From Dehalococcoidia bacterium (lineage in GTDB: Bacteria > Chloroflexota > Dehalococcoidia > SHYB01): a DNA stretch of 64,000 nt. The stretch covers positions 32,279 through 96,278 of the forward strand of contig OZ244810.1 in NCBI GenBank assembly GCA_965220155.1, in the 5' to 3' direction. A program made the translations under genes and the position numbers. Positions 28,246-37,309 of the stretch are shown here, piece by piece; positions within the stretch are counted from its first letter, which is position 1; the number at the start of each line of letters is the position of its first letter. The notes under the pieces were generated by a model. That model saw only the letters and a program-made list of their open reading frames with translations, was not told the DNA's origin and did not search any database.

Positions 28246-28449
28246 ATGTCACGCACCAACGTAAACATCGATGATCAAGCCTGCATGGAAGTGATGCGGC
28301 GGTATCGGCTCGCGACCAAGCGTGAGGCGATCAACTTCGCGTTGCAGACGCTGGCTGCCGAACCCTTGCCCGTCGACGGAGCTCGTGCGCTTCGCGGAAT
28401 CGGGTGGGAGGGTGACCTGGAGGCATTGCGCACCGGCCGTTCGCCGTGA
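28246..28449 (+). CDS. vapB: VapB-type ribbon-helix-helix antitoxin
   Basis: MSRTNVNIDDQACMEVMRRYRLATKREAINFALQTLAAEP, an RHH antitoxin of the mycobacterial VapB type. Overlaps vapC by 4 nt (ATGA). Confidence 0.75.
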   Translation: MSRTNVNIDDQACMEVMRRYRLATKREAINFALQTLAAEPLPVDGARALRGIGWEGDLEALRTGRSP

Positions 28450-28898
28450 TCCTGGTCGACACTTCGGCGTGGATAGAGTTCCTTCGGGACACGGGGTCCC
28501 CGGTCTGTACCCTCGTTGATGACTTGCTGGGGCAAGAGGTCGCCATCTGTGACGCAGTGCGGATGGAGGTCCTTGCCGGGGCGCGGGACGAATCGCATCT
28601 GCTAAGCCTTCGGCGGTTGCTGGCGCGGGCGGCGGCGCTGTCAACCCGGGCCACGGACTATGACGCCGCCGCGACGCTCCATCGCCGTTGCCGGCAGCAA
28701 GGGGAGACCGTGCGCAAGCTCATTGACTGTCTCATTGCCGCCGTAGCCATACGCGCCGGGGCGCCCATTCTGCATCACGACGCCGACTTTGACGTTCTTG
28801 CGCGCCACACGGAACTGGAAATATATGAAACTGAACGTGGATTAGGAAGCCGACGCCCTCTACCTGCGCCTCGACGACTCCCCCATCGTCGAGTCTGA
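28446..28898 (+). CDS. vapC: Type II toxin VapC (PIN domain)
   Basis: MILVDTSAWIEFL (first Asp)...EV...LLHHDADFDVLARHTELEIYE, all PIN acidic positions present. The last ~25 codons overlap the DUF2283 start, so the true stop is uncertain. Confidence 0.8.
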   Translation: MILVDTSAWIEFLRDTGSPVCTLVDDLLGQEVAICDAVRMEVLAGARDESHLLSLRRLLARAAALSTRATDYDAAATLHRRCRQQGETVRKLIDCLIAAVAIRAGAPILHHDADFDVLARHTELEIYETERGLGSRRPLPAPRRLPHRRV

Positions 28899-29026
28899 GG
28901 AGGTATCGCCGGGAGTTGTGCTCGACTACAACGAATCGAACGAAGTCGTAGGGGTTGAGATGCTCCATCTCTCGAAGCGCTCCTCCACTCTGAACCTATC
29001 CGCACTGCAATTCGAGACGGTCTGAG
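28826..29026 (+). pseudogene. DUF2283 family gene with in-frame amber (TAG) at codon 7
   Basis: ATG AAA CTG AAC GTG GAT TAG GAA GCC... translates to MKLNVD*EADALYLRLDDSPIVESEEVSPGVVLDYNESNEVVGVEMLHLSKRSS.... This matches the DUF2283 consensus (MKI.YD.EADALYI.L...ESEEI.PGVILDYDE.G.LVGIEIL..SKR). The TAG sits where Tyr/Pro is expected. Confidence 0.55.
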
Positions 29027-29233
29027 GGTTGGCGGAGATCCGGCGTCCTACAAATGGGAACGTGAGCTATGTCAGGCGACAGGTTCAATGAGTACTGCGA
29101 GAACCTGCTCGTGCAATACAAGCGCAGGAATGCAACAACTGTCACGAGGCGCCTCGAACGCCTCAACTCCTGCAAGACCAGGGCAGCATTCAACGGGCTG
29201 TTCTGCATAGGGGACTAGGGAGACGGGCGCGGC

Positions 29234-29845
29234 ATGGTGAACGTGGGACTTCTACCGAAAGTCAAGTCGAAGGGTAATCTCAGCCTGCTCGAAGAGCCGC
29301 TGACCGCCCTCTTCTGCTCCAACCGCTGCCCGGGCGACCTGATCCTCAAGACCTACGACCTCGCCAGGGCCATGCGCGACGCCGGGGTCCCCATCATAGG
29401 CGGGTTCCAGACGCCGATGGAGAAGGAGTGCCTGCGCCTGCTTCTGCGCGGCAGCCAGCCCGTGGTCGTCTGCCCCGCGCGGGGCATCGAGAACATGCGA
29501 GTCCCCCGCGACTGGCGCGGCCCTCTGGAAGAAGGCAGGCTGTTGGTCCTATCTCCCTTCCCACCCACACACCGCCGACCAACGGCGGAGCTCTCAGCCC
29601 AACGGAACGACCTCGCAGCGGCCCTCGCCCAACGAGTCTTCTTCGCCCACGCCGCGCCCGGCGGCAAGACCGAGGCCTTCGCCCGCAAGGTGGCCGCTTC
29701 CGGCAAGCCGCTGCTGACGCTGGACAGCCCCTCGAACGCGAACCTGGTAGAGATGGGGGCGGAGGCGATAGCACCGGAACAGCTGGAAGGGCCGATCATC
29801 AGCCGAGCAGGGTCTTCAGGTTGTGGCGCCGACGCGCTCAGATGA
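29234..29845 (+). CDS. DprA/Smf-like Rossmann (SLOG) domain protein, stand-alone (203 aa)
   Basis: ALFCSNRCPGDLILKTYDLARAMRDAGVPIIGGFQTPMEKECLRLLLRGSQPVVVCPARGI...LLVLSPFPPTHRRPTAELSAQRNDLAAALAQRVFFAHAAPGGKTEAFARKVAASGKPLLTLD parallels the DprA core (ALVGSR..G..lA..La..GvtvvSGlA.GiD..aH..AL...g.TiaVlg.Gld..yP....L......GalvSEfppg..p...nFp.RNRiIagLs..vlVvEA...SGsLiTA..A.e.gR.vfAvPG). Lacks DprA's N-terminal SAM and C-terminal winged-helix domains. Confidence 0.6.
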   Translation: MVNVGLLPKVKSKGNLSLLEEPLTALFCSNRCPGDLILKTYDLARAMRDAGVPIIGGFQTPMEKECLRLLLRGSQPVVVCPARGIENMRVPRDWRGPLEEGRLLVLSPFPPTHRRPTAELSAQRNDLAAALAQRVFFAHAAPGGKTEAFARKVAASGKPLLTLDSPSNANLVEMGAEAIAPEQLEGPIISRAGSSGCGADALR

Positions 29846-30629
29846 GACCCTGCTCCTCGGCCGCTTTCTCGAGCGTTTCCCACCCCTCGGTGATGCCGGG
29901 CAAGAACGCCTTGCAATGCTCGGCGTCCAGGACTGTTTTTCCGAAGGGATCGGCATAGTCCATAGAGACGAAGGCTTCCGTGATCTTCTCGGTCAGCGCC
30001 GCATCCATGCGGCTCTGAGCGGTGAAGCAGCAGTGGCTGTACGGCGGACTCGACCAGATGATGCGTATGCCGCCATGGGGCATCGTCCCCTCTTCCGCCA
30101 TTCGCTCCAGGGTCGTGCTGCACACGGCGCCCGAGTCGTATTCCCCCGTCAGCACTCGTTCGACCACATCCCTCTCGTGGGGGTGCGCGCTGGGTCCGCG
30201 CTCTTCGTAGAAGGTGGATAGCGCCAGGTCCTTCTCGGGAGTGATTCCAAGCTCCCTCAAGTAGTGGTGCGCCAGCAGCCCAGCCTCGACCATGCCACGG
30301 CTTCCAAAAGCGAACCGCTTCCCCAGCAGGTCCTCGGGCGTCGCAACGTCCGAGTCGGGCCGGGTGATGAAATGCGTGACGAGGTCCACGTCATTGTCCC
30401 GCATCGCCACCACCGTGCACGGCTCCTCCAGGCGCCGCTTGATCTTGACGTAGGCAAGGGGCCCGTTCCACGCCAGGTCCACCTCCCCCTTGACGAAGGC
30501 ATCCACGAGGGCGTCCCAGCTCGAATACAGCAGCCAGTCCAACTCGATGCCGCGCTTGTGGAAGTGCTGCTGGATGCCGGGGAACGCGGTCAGGTACCCC
30601 TTGGAAGCGACGCCACCGAGTCTGATCAT
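29838..30629 (-). CDS. PhnD/SsuA/transferrin-family substrate-binding-like protein (no obvious signal peptide)
   Basis: Start MIRLGGVASKGYLTAFPGIQ with a GGTGGAG RBS. The fold call rests on overall similarity to phosphonate/sulfonate-binding proteins and is of moderate confidence. Confidence 0.6.
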   Translation of the reverse strand: MIRLGGVASKGYLTAFPGIQQHFHKRGIELDWLLYSSWDALVDAFVKGEVDLAWNGPLAYVKIKRRLEEPCTVVAMRDNDVDLVTHFITRPDSDVATPEDLLGKRFAFGSRGMVEAGLLAHHYLRELGITPEKDLALSTFYEERGPSAHPHERDVVERVLTGEYDSGAVCSTTLERMAEEGTMPHGGIRIIWSSPPYSHCCFTAQSRMDAALTEKITEAFVSMDYADPFGKTVLDAEHCKAFLPGITEGWETLEKAAEEQGLI

Positions 30630-30866
30630 TCTCCACCCCCGAGAAACTGCCGCTCGCATCATGGAGCGCTCGCCCCGCCTTCTGGTCCAGCCCAGGCATT
30701 CGGCATGGGGTCGGCACAACCCCAAGACACCCTTTTCTCTCGATTTTGTCGACCATGGGAAAGGACTGCGGTGGTACGCCAAGACGCCCGCCCTCAAGCG
30801 GTAGCCGCCGCTTCGAGTGGTCATCCCAAGGCGCGTTATGTCAACGCAGCGGTCCCGCCGTCTGAT

Positions 30867-32597
30867 TCACGCGGCGGGGACAAGCGGCAGGACAAGGCAT
30901 GACGGGTAGTCACGGCTGTGATGGACCTCCTGGGTAGCCACCCTGATCTCCGCGTCGGAGCCGAAGTCATGACCGGTGTTGGGGTTGCGGTCAAAGTGCG
31001 GGAAATTGCTGCTGGAAACCTCGAGCCGGATGCAATGGCCCCTCTTGAACAGGTTGCTGGTAGCCCACATGTCGATGACGAACTCTTCTACCTTCCCTGG
31101 AGTCAAGAGCGTCGCAACCTCCACGGACTCCCTGTAGCGTCCCCGCAGTATGCCCTGGCAGACATTGAGCGCATATCCGCTGGGATGCACGTCGACGAGC
31201 TTGGCCGTGAAGTCGGTGTCCGAGCCATCGGTGCTGGCGAAGAGGCGGAGGACCACCGGCCCCGTCACCTCGACGTCCTGCGCGAGAGGCTCCGTGGTGT
31301 ACACCAGGACGTCCCGCCGTCCTTCGACGGGCCGCTGATCGTAGCTGCCCGCGTACTGCGGGCCCCATACCTGCGCCGCGGTGGTCGTCCCCCCCAAGGT
31401 GAGCTGGGGGCCGTACCCGTTGCCGCCCCTTGTTGGGACGGGGTCCAACGGGTCGTAGTCATATCGGTCCGACGGCTCGTCGCCAGGCCGTTCCGCCGCC
31501 AGGGAACCGTCGCCTCGAAAGCTGTTAGCGGAGCCGCGGCTGTGGAGATAGAAAGAGGTGTACTGCGTCCGTGCGAGAGGCCACTCCGATTCCTCCCGCC
31601 ATTCGTCGGCCCCCATGACAAAAAGCCGGACAGGAGGCTCGTCATCCACGCTATTCCGTGTCCCCTTGAGCCACCGGTCGAACCAGCGCAGCTCGAGGGC
31701 CCTGGGCTCGAGTAGGCTGGCGAACCCAAAGTCCACACCCCCGGAATTGGTCCGCAGGTTCCCACCGTGGTACCAGGGGCCGATGACCAATTTTTGATTG
31801 TGCCGCGCTGACTCCGAGCCCCCTTGCCGGCTCATCCCTGAGAAGCCCTTCAGCGTGCCGCCAAGGAAATAGTCATACCAGCCATTGATCTGGAGAATGG
31901 GGACCCTGACGCTGGCCAGCCGTTCGTTCAAGGAAAGCGCTTTCCACCAGGAGTCGTAGGAGGGATGCTCGAACATCAGGTCGAGGTGAGTCCCGGTCTG
32001 CCCGGCTTCGGCTGGGATATTCCGGAGCGGAAGCACCCTGGCGAGCTCGTCGTAGTTGTACAACCCGGTGTTCTGCGCGGACCTCCCGGTCATCCGGAGG
32101 TTCCAATGAAGGAAGAACGCCAGGTTGAAAGCCCCTCCCATGAACGACCAGTCGTCGTAGATGCTGGTCCCCACGATCCGCGGGGCCGTACATTTGAGGT
32201 ACTCACTGCTTTCTCCGGCGGCCAGCCACTGGACGCAGCCCATGTAAGAGGGCCCGTGGGTGCCGACGTTCCCATCGCACCAGGGCTGCCCGCCGATCCA
32301 TTCGATGGTGTCGTGGCCGTCATGGGCCTCGTGGACCCAGGGGGTGAAGCTGCCGTCCGAGTCGTACCGGCCCCTGCAGTCCTGGGCGGCGAATGCATAG
32401 CCTCGTTGGACGAAAAAGGCGGCGTCCTCGGCGGTCCCCATCGAGGTGTTGTCATAGGGAGTGCGCCTGAGGATAACCGGGAAGGGCCCTCTGGCGCCGC
32501 GGGGGCGATAAATGTCCGTCGACAGGGACACCCCATCCCTCATCGGGACCTTGGCGTTGACCTCAACTTCCATGCCCGCATGTTGAAAAACGCTCAT
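30867..32597 (-). CDS. CocE/NonD family hydrolase (X-Pro dipeptidyl-peptidase S15-like)
   Basis: VILRRTPYD, alpha/beta core, and the C-terminal beta-sandwich FTAKLVDVHPSGYALNVCQGILRGRYR. GGAGG RBS. Confidence 0.85.
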   Translation of the reverse strand: MSVFQHAGMEVEVNAKVPMRDGVSLSTDIYRPRGARGPFPVILRRTPYDNTSMGTAEDAAFFVQRGYAFAAQDCRGRYDSDGSFTPWVHEAHDGHDTIEWIGGQPWCDGNVGTHGPSYMGCVQWLAAGESSEYLKCTAPRIVGTSIYDDWSFMGGAFNLAFFLHWNLRMTGRSAQNTGLYNYDELARVLPLRNIPAEAGQTGTHLDLMFEHPSYDSWWKALSLNERLASVRVPILQINGWYDYFLGGTLKGFSGMSRQGGSESARHNQKLVIGPWYHGGNLRTNSGGVDFGFASLLEPRALELRWFDRWLKGTRNSVDDEPPVRLFVMGADEWREESEWPLARTQYTSFYLHSRGSANSFRGDGSLAAERPGDEPSDRYDYDPLDPVPTRGGNGYGPQLTLGGTTTAAQVWGPQYAGSYDQRPVEGRRDVLVYTTEPLAQDVEVTGPVVLRLFASTDGSDTDFTAKLVDVHPSGYALNVCQGILRGRYRESVEVATLLTPGKVEEFVIDMWATSNLFKRGHCIRLEVSSSNFPHFDRNPNTGHDFGSDAEIRVATQEVHHSRDYPSCLVLPLVPAA

Positions 32598-32864
32598 GGA
32601 CCCTCCTCTCGCTCACCCGGATTGTTCAGACCGTCGCCGGCAGCCCAGCGGGTCCGGAATCGAGTGCCGCCGCGTCGAATCAGGCGAGCTGCAGCCCGTT
32701 AGCAGTCAAATCCTAAGTTCGTCCTCTTCGAAGACCTCGAGCATCAGCTCGATGCGAAGCCGGGCTTCGCGGGAAAGCAGGTCTGCTCGCTCCACAGTCC
32801 GCGTTCTCACTCACCAGCGGGGACTCTTTGCGGCCGGGACGGCGCCGGAAGCGCGGGGACGGCC

Positions 32865-33797
32865 CTATCGCGCCGCCGTTTTCGCGTGGCTCTTGACGAA
32901 CTCTCCAATGCGGTCGATGGCCTGCTGCGCTTCCGGCAGGAGCTTGGCGTATTGGTGCCAGACATGAAACATCTCGGGGTAGACTTCCAGGGTCACGTCC
33001 ACTCCCGCTTCCCCGGCCTTGTCCGCAACCCGCCTGGTATCGTCCAGCAGCCCTTCATAGTCCCCCACTTGCATCAGAAGGGGCGGCAGGCCGGCGAGGT
33101 CCCCGTACAAAGGCGAAGCCAGGGGGGTCTTGGGGTCCGCGCCCGCCAGGTAGGCCTGGGCCATGTCGATGATGCCGGCTTGGCCGACGGTCTTGCCCAG
33201 GGCATCGACATCGGCCCTAGTCGTGGCGGACTCGCCGGTATGGGCCAAGTCGGTCCACGCCGAAAGGGTTGCAGCGACATCGGGCATCGGGTCGCCATGT
33301 TCCCGAAGCTTCATGAGGAGGGCCAGAGTCAGCCCGCCTCCGGCCGAGTCGCCGGCCACGGCGAGGTCCGTCGCGGAACCCGGGCCTGTGGGACCGTTCT
33401 CCCGCATCCAACGAAACGCCGCCAGGGCGTCTTCGACTGCAGCGGGGAATGGATGTTCAGGGGCCAATCTGTAATCGGCCAGGAGCACGGAGAAGCCGGA
33501 GGACAGGGATATTCTGGAGGCCAGGTCCCTGTGGGAGTCCAAGCCTCCGGTGCAATACCCGCCGCCGTGGAAGTAGGTCAAGCGCCGGTCTGGCGATGCC
33601 GGTCCCGCGATTATCCATTCGGCTGGGACACCCGCGGCGCTCACAGTTGTAACGGCGACCCCGTTCATGAGCGGGAACCTGGCGAGCCCCAACCGGCGGC
33701 GCATCTCGCTCAGCTTGGCTTGCTCTTCTTCGGGGAGCCTGGTCGACCACAGCTCCCGGATCATGTCCAGCGCTTGATCCAGCCCTTGTGACGCCAT
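32865..33797 (-). CDS. Alpha/beta hydrolase (HSL-family esterase/lipase)
   Basis: HGGGY oxyanion motif, GDSAGG nucleophile elbow, and the catalytic His region (MFHVWH). Confidence 0.85.
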   Translation of the reverse strand: MASQGLDQALDMIRELWSTRLPEEEQAKLSEMRRRLGLARFPLMNGVAVTTVSAAGVPAEWIIAGPASPDRRLTYFHGGGYCTGGLDSHRDLASRISLSSGFSVLLADYRLAPEHPFPAAVEDALAAFRWMRENGPTGPGSATDLAVAGDSAGGGLTLALLMKLREHGDPMPDVAATLSAWTDLAHTGESATTRADVDALGKTVGQAGIIDMAQAYLAGADPKTPLASPLYGDLAGLPPLLMQVGDYEGLLDDTRRVADKAGEAGVDVTLEVYPEMFHVWHQYAKLLPEAQQAIDRIGEFVKSHAKTAAR

Positions 33798-33876
33798 CTC
33801 CTACCTCCGCGCGGTCCCCTCTGGACAAGGCCCTGCCTGGCTGATGAGCGCCGCGAACGTAGCATACGCGGGTAGG

Positions 33877-34090
33877 ACCGTCAACGCGCGCAAGGAGGAA
33901 CCCCGACCGTTGTATCAGCGCCGCCGTTCTTTACGGGACCGTCAACGCGCGCAAGGAGGAACCCTGACCGTTGTATCAGCGCCGCCGTTCTTTACGGGAC
34001 CGTCAACGCGCGCAAGGAGGGACCCTGACCGTTGTATCAGCGCCGCCGTTCTTTACGGGACCGTCAACGCGCGCAAGGGGGGACCTCGAT
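33877..34090. repeat. 61-bp tandem repeat, 3.5 near-identical copies (ACCGTCAACGCGCGCAAGGAGGAACCC[C/T]GACCGTTGTATCAGCGCCGCCGTTCTTTACGGG)
   Basis: Period measured from unit starts at 33877, 33938, 33999 and 34060. Copies differ only at one or two positions. Lies in the divergent intergenic region between the esterase (minus) and deacetylase (plus) genes. Confidence 0.85.
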
Positions 34091-34305
34091 GAGCTGCCGC
34101 TCCTCTGCCGGCCTTCCGCCCTGGCCATGAGTTTGGTCCGCAAGTCTATGAGGCGCCCCGATCCCTAGGGGGTCGGGAGGTTGAGGTATCAAACTTCTGG
34201 GTGTACCGTTGGCCCGAAGCGCCAGACGATTCAGCATGTTGCGAATCGGGGACCCGCAAGAGTCCGGCGCGCACCAGAGACGTTCAGCTGCCCAGGAGGC
34301 GCCCC

Positions 34306-35214
34306 ATGCCGTTGCCGCCAGACCGGGCCGATTACCTTCCCATGGTGGACCGGCCCATCATTCGGTGGCCCAACAACGCGCGCGTGGCCCTCTGGGTGGC
34401 CCCTAACGTGGAGCACTACGAGTACCTGCCCCCTCCGAGCGTTCGCACGTTCTGGCCCCGGACTCCGGCCCCGGATGTCCAGCAGTACTCCCTGCGAGAC
34501 TACGGTAACCGGGTCGGGTTCTGGCGGATGTTGACTGTTTTGGAGAAGTACCGGGTCAAGTGCTCTACGACGCTCAATATCGGAGTGCTGGCCCATTTCC
34601 CGGAGATCATGGAGGCCATGCTTCAGCAGGACTGGGTCTTCGTGAACCATGGCTTTTACAACACGCGCGCCATCACCGATTTCACCGAGGAGCAGGAGAA
34701 GGAGTTCTATTTCGAGATCCGAGAGAGCTTTCGACGGCTCACGAAAGGGCGAGAGATCAGGGGACAGTCCGGCCCCGCTGCGTCCAACACCGAGCGTACT
34801 CCCGACCTTCTGGCAGAGGCCGGCTTCCTGTACCAGACGGACTGGAAGTTCGACGACCACCCGGTGCCCATCAAAGTGAGATCGGGAAAGTTTGTCTGCA
34901 TCCCGTACACCGGTGAGTTGAACGACGTCATCCTGATGGGCAGCCACTTCGAGGCCGACTACTTCGCGAAGATCTGCAAGCGCCAGTTCGACCAACTGTA
35001 CAAAGAGGGGGAGGAGAACGGGCGGCTGATGTGTTTCGCCATCCACCCCTTTGCCATCGGACGTCCCCATCGGACGCGATACTTGGAGGAGATCCTCGAT
35101 TACATCCTCTCGCACGATGGGGTCTGGCAAGCGACGACCGACGAGATCACGGAATACTACCTTGCCAACTACTACGACCAAGCGGTGGCCCACGCCGCCA
35201 GGGTCAAGGCGTAG
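34306..35214 (+). CDS. Polysaccharide deacetylase family protein (PuuE/NodB-fold)
   Basis: Start MPLPPDRADYLPMVDRPIIRWPNNARVALWV with an AGGAGG RBS. It is a paralogue of the next gene. Confidence 0.8.
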   Translation: MPLPPDRADYLPMVDRPIIRWPNNARVALWVAPNVEHYEYLPPPSVRTFWPRTPAPDVQQYSLRDYGNRVGFWRMLTVLEKYRVKCSTTLNIGVLAHFPEIMEAMLQQDWVFVNHGFYNTRAITDFTEEQEKEFYFEIRESFRRLTKGREIRGQSGPAASNTERTPDLLAEAGFLYQTDWKFDDHPVPIKVRSGKFVCIPYTGELNDVILMGSHFEADYFAKICKRQFDQLYKEGEENGRLMCFAIHPFAIGRPHRTRYLEEILDYILSHDGVWQATTDEITEYYLANYYDQAVAHAARVKA

Positions 35215-35244
35215 GGAGTCGAATTCCTTCGAGAGGCGGCCTCT

Positions 35245-36186
35245 ATGACTGTGGACCGGAGCTACATCGCCCCCCAGATGGCCCGAGGGCAGGACCACGC
35301 TCACTACGACTACGTTCCCATGAACGAAACACGGTCCCGGCTGCGGTGGCCGAACGAGGCCCGTGTGGCCTTGTGCGTAATGGTCACGCTGGAGCACCTC
35401 GAGTGGCGGAAGCCCGAGGACGGCTTTCAGTCCGCGACACTTTCAGGCGGCTACGGCAACCGCCCTCACCCGGACATCACCCGTTGGTCCCACCGGGAGT
35501 ACGGCCACCGGGTCGGCATATTTCGCATCTTCGACGTCCTGGCCAAGCATCGCATCAGACCGACAGTAGCCATGGATGTCCTCACGGCGGAGCACTATCC
35601 GTTCCTCGTGCGGTACTGCCTGGAGCGGGGTAGCGAGATAATCGGGCACGGCATCTCGGTCAGCCGCATGATCACCAGCAACATGCGGGAGCAGGAAGAA
35701 CGGGAGTACGTCACAAGCTGCCTCGAAGCTATGACCCGCGCGACCGGCAAGGCCCCCGCGGGCTGGTTCAGCCCCGAATACGGCGAGTCCTCCAGGACCC
35801 CTGCCATTCTGGCGGAGGCTGGCATCCAGTATGTTTGCGACTGGGTGAACGACGAACAGCCCTACCCGTTGGCCGTGCCTCGAGGTGAGCTCCACGCACT
35901 GCCCATCTCATACACGGTCGACGACGTCGACGCCTTATGGGACCGCCGCATCGGGATCGATAGCTACCTGGCTTCGCTGACACAGACTTTCGACACCCTG
36001 TACCGCGAAGGGGCCGCAAACGGCCGGGTGATGGTGTTGAACCTGCACCCGTGGCTTATCGGTCAGGCTTTCAGGATCGGGGTGCTGGACGAGGCCCTGG
36101 CCCACATGCTGGCTCCCCGCGGCGTCTGGACCGCCACAGGTTCGGAGATCATAGATTGGTATAAGCGCAACCCCCCTTCCGGCTAG
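35245..36186 (+). CDS. Polysaccharide deacetylase family protein (paralogue)
   Basis: RLRWPNEARVALCVMVTLEH...HGISVSRM...LNLHPWLIGQ aligns with the upstream paralogue. Confidence 0.8.
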   Translation: MTVDRSYIAPQMARGQDHAHYDYVPMNETRSRLRWPNEARVALCVMVTLEHLEWRKPEDGFQSATLSGGYGNRPHPDITRWSHREYGHRVGIFRIFDVLAKHRIRPTVAMDVLTAEHYPFLVRYCLERGSEIIGHGISVSRMITSNMREQEEREYVTSCLEAMTRATGKAPAGWFSPEYGESSRTPAILAEAGIQYVCDWVNDEQPYPLAVPRGELHALPISYTVDDVDALWDRRIGIDSYLASLTQTFDTLYREGAANGRVMVLNLHPWLIGQAFRIGVLDEALAHMLAPRGVWTATGSEIIDWYKRNPPSG

Positions 36187-36250
36187 TGCCCGGTGCTCTG
36201 CATCCAGTAGTATCAGATCGGGACGGAGAACGGTTGGAGACGCCCAGACG

Positions 36251-37285
36251 ATGAAATTCGCGATGTTCCACCATGTGCCGTGGCCGTGGGGCGCCCCCCA
36301 CGATGTTGTGCTGGGGGAAACCGCGGAGCAGGTGCAACACGCCGAGGATCTGGGCTTCCATAGCGCGTGGCTGGCGGAGCACCATTTCTCGCCCTACGGT
36401 CTGGCATCGTCATCTTTGCTGCTGGCGACCCACATCGCAGCAAGGACCTCTCGGATCAGAATAGGGACAGCTATCACGATCGCTCCGATCCGCAACCCGG
36501 TACTCACAGCGGAGGACGCTGCGACCCTCGATATCCTCAGCAACGGCAGACTCGATTTCGGAGTCGGCGCGGGTGGGCAGGTCGAGCTCGGCAGGTTCGG
36601 GATAGACCAGCAAGAGAGCCGCGACCGGCTTTTCGAGGCGTCAGAGATCATGATCGGGCTCTGGACCAACCCCGTTTACTCTCACGAAGGCAGGTTCCAT
36701 ACGGTCAAGGACCTCTCTATCGGCCCCAGGCCCGTGCAGAAGCCCCATCCGCCCATGTATGCCGCGGTGCGGAACCCGCAAAGTGTCCAAAGGGCCGTGG
36801 ATATGGGGATGGGGTACATCGTCGGCGTCCTGCCGGATACCGAAGTTGCCCTCGAGCAGCTGGGGGGCTACTTGAATCTGGCCAGGGGACGGGGAAAGCC
36901 TGCACAGGCGGCCGAGGTCCCCTTTTTCCGCTACATCTACGTCGGCGAGTCGGACGACCAGGTCCGCGCGGACACAGAGGAGAACCTGCTGTGGGTGTGG
37001 GAATGCCTCGAGTGGCAGCGGACACAAGAATGGGGTAGGCCCAGCGATCTCGACGATTGGCTGAGGGCCCGGCAGTCCCGCTCGGTGAACTACGATGACC
37101 TCTACGAGAAGAAGGCGTTCTTCGGGACTCCGGAGAAGGTACGGCGCCAAATCGAAGAGCTGCGCAGCGGGCATGGCATCGAGTATTTTGGCGGGAACTT
37201 CTGCTTCGGAGGCCTGGACCACGCCAAGGCGATGCGCTCCATGGAGCTATTCGGTAAAGAGGTGATGCCACGTTTGAAGAGCTAG
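36251..37285 (+). CDS. LLM class flavin-dependent oxidoreductase
   Basis: MKFAMFHHVPWPW...AWLAEHHF...GRLDFGVGAG, the LLM TIM-barrel. Confidence 0.85.
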   Translation: MKFAMFHHVPWPWGAPHDVVLGETAEQVQHAEDLGFHSAWLAEHHFSPYGLASSSLLLATHIAARTSRIRIGTAITIAPIRNPVLTAEDAATLDILSNGRLDFGVGAGGQVELGRFGIDQQESRDRLFEASEIMIGLWTNPVYSHEGRFHTVKDLSIGPRPVQKPHPPMYAAVRNPQSVQRAVDMGMGYIVGVLPDTEVALEQLGGYLNLARGRGKPAQAAEVPFFRYIYVGESDDQVRADTEENLLWVWECLEWQRTQEWGRPSDLDDWLRARQSRSVNYDDLYEKKAFFGTPEKVRRQIEELRSGHGIEYFGGNFCFGGLDHAKAMRSMELFGKEVMPRLKS

Positions 37286-37309
37286 CAACGTGCTGATGAG
37301 GATCTTGTC

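Noticed and set aside
30918-33791. Several 250-300-aa plus-strand ORFs
   Set aside because: All antisense to the CocE/NonD hydrolase and the esterase genes. No motifs.
33877-34090. Possible CRISPR array suggested by regular ~61-nt periodicity
   Set aside because: Whole 61-nt units are near-identical to each other. There are no unique spacers between shorter repeats and no cas genes nearby. It is a tandem minisatellite, not CRISPR.
33844-34168. Two overlapping plus-strand ORFs (82 and 65 aa) with repetitive sequence
   Set aside because: They are simply read-through of the 61-bp tandem repeat, and their protein sequence repeats with the DNA period.
34231-35397. 388-aa minus-strand ORF
   Set aside because: Antisense to the two polysaccharide deacetylase paralogues.
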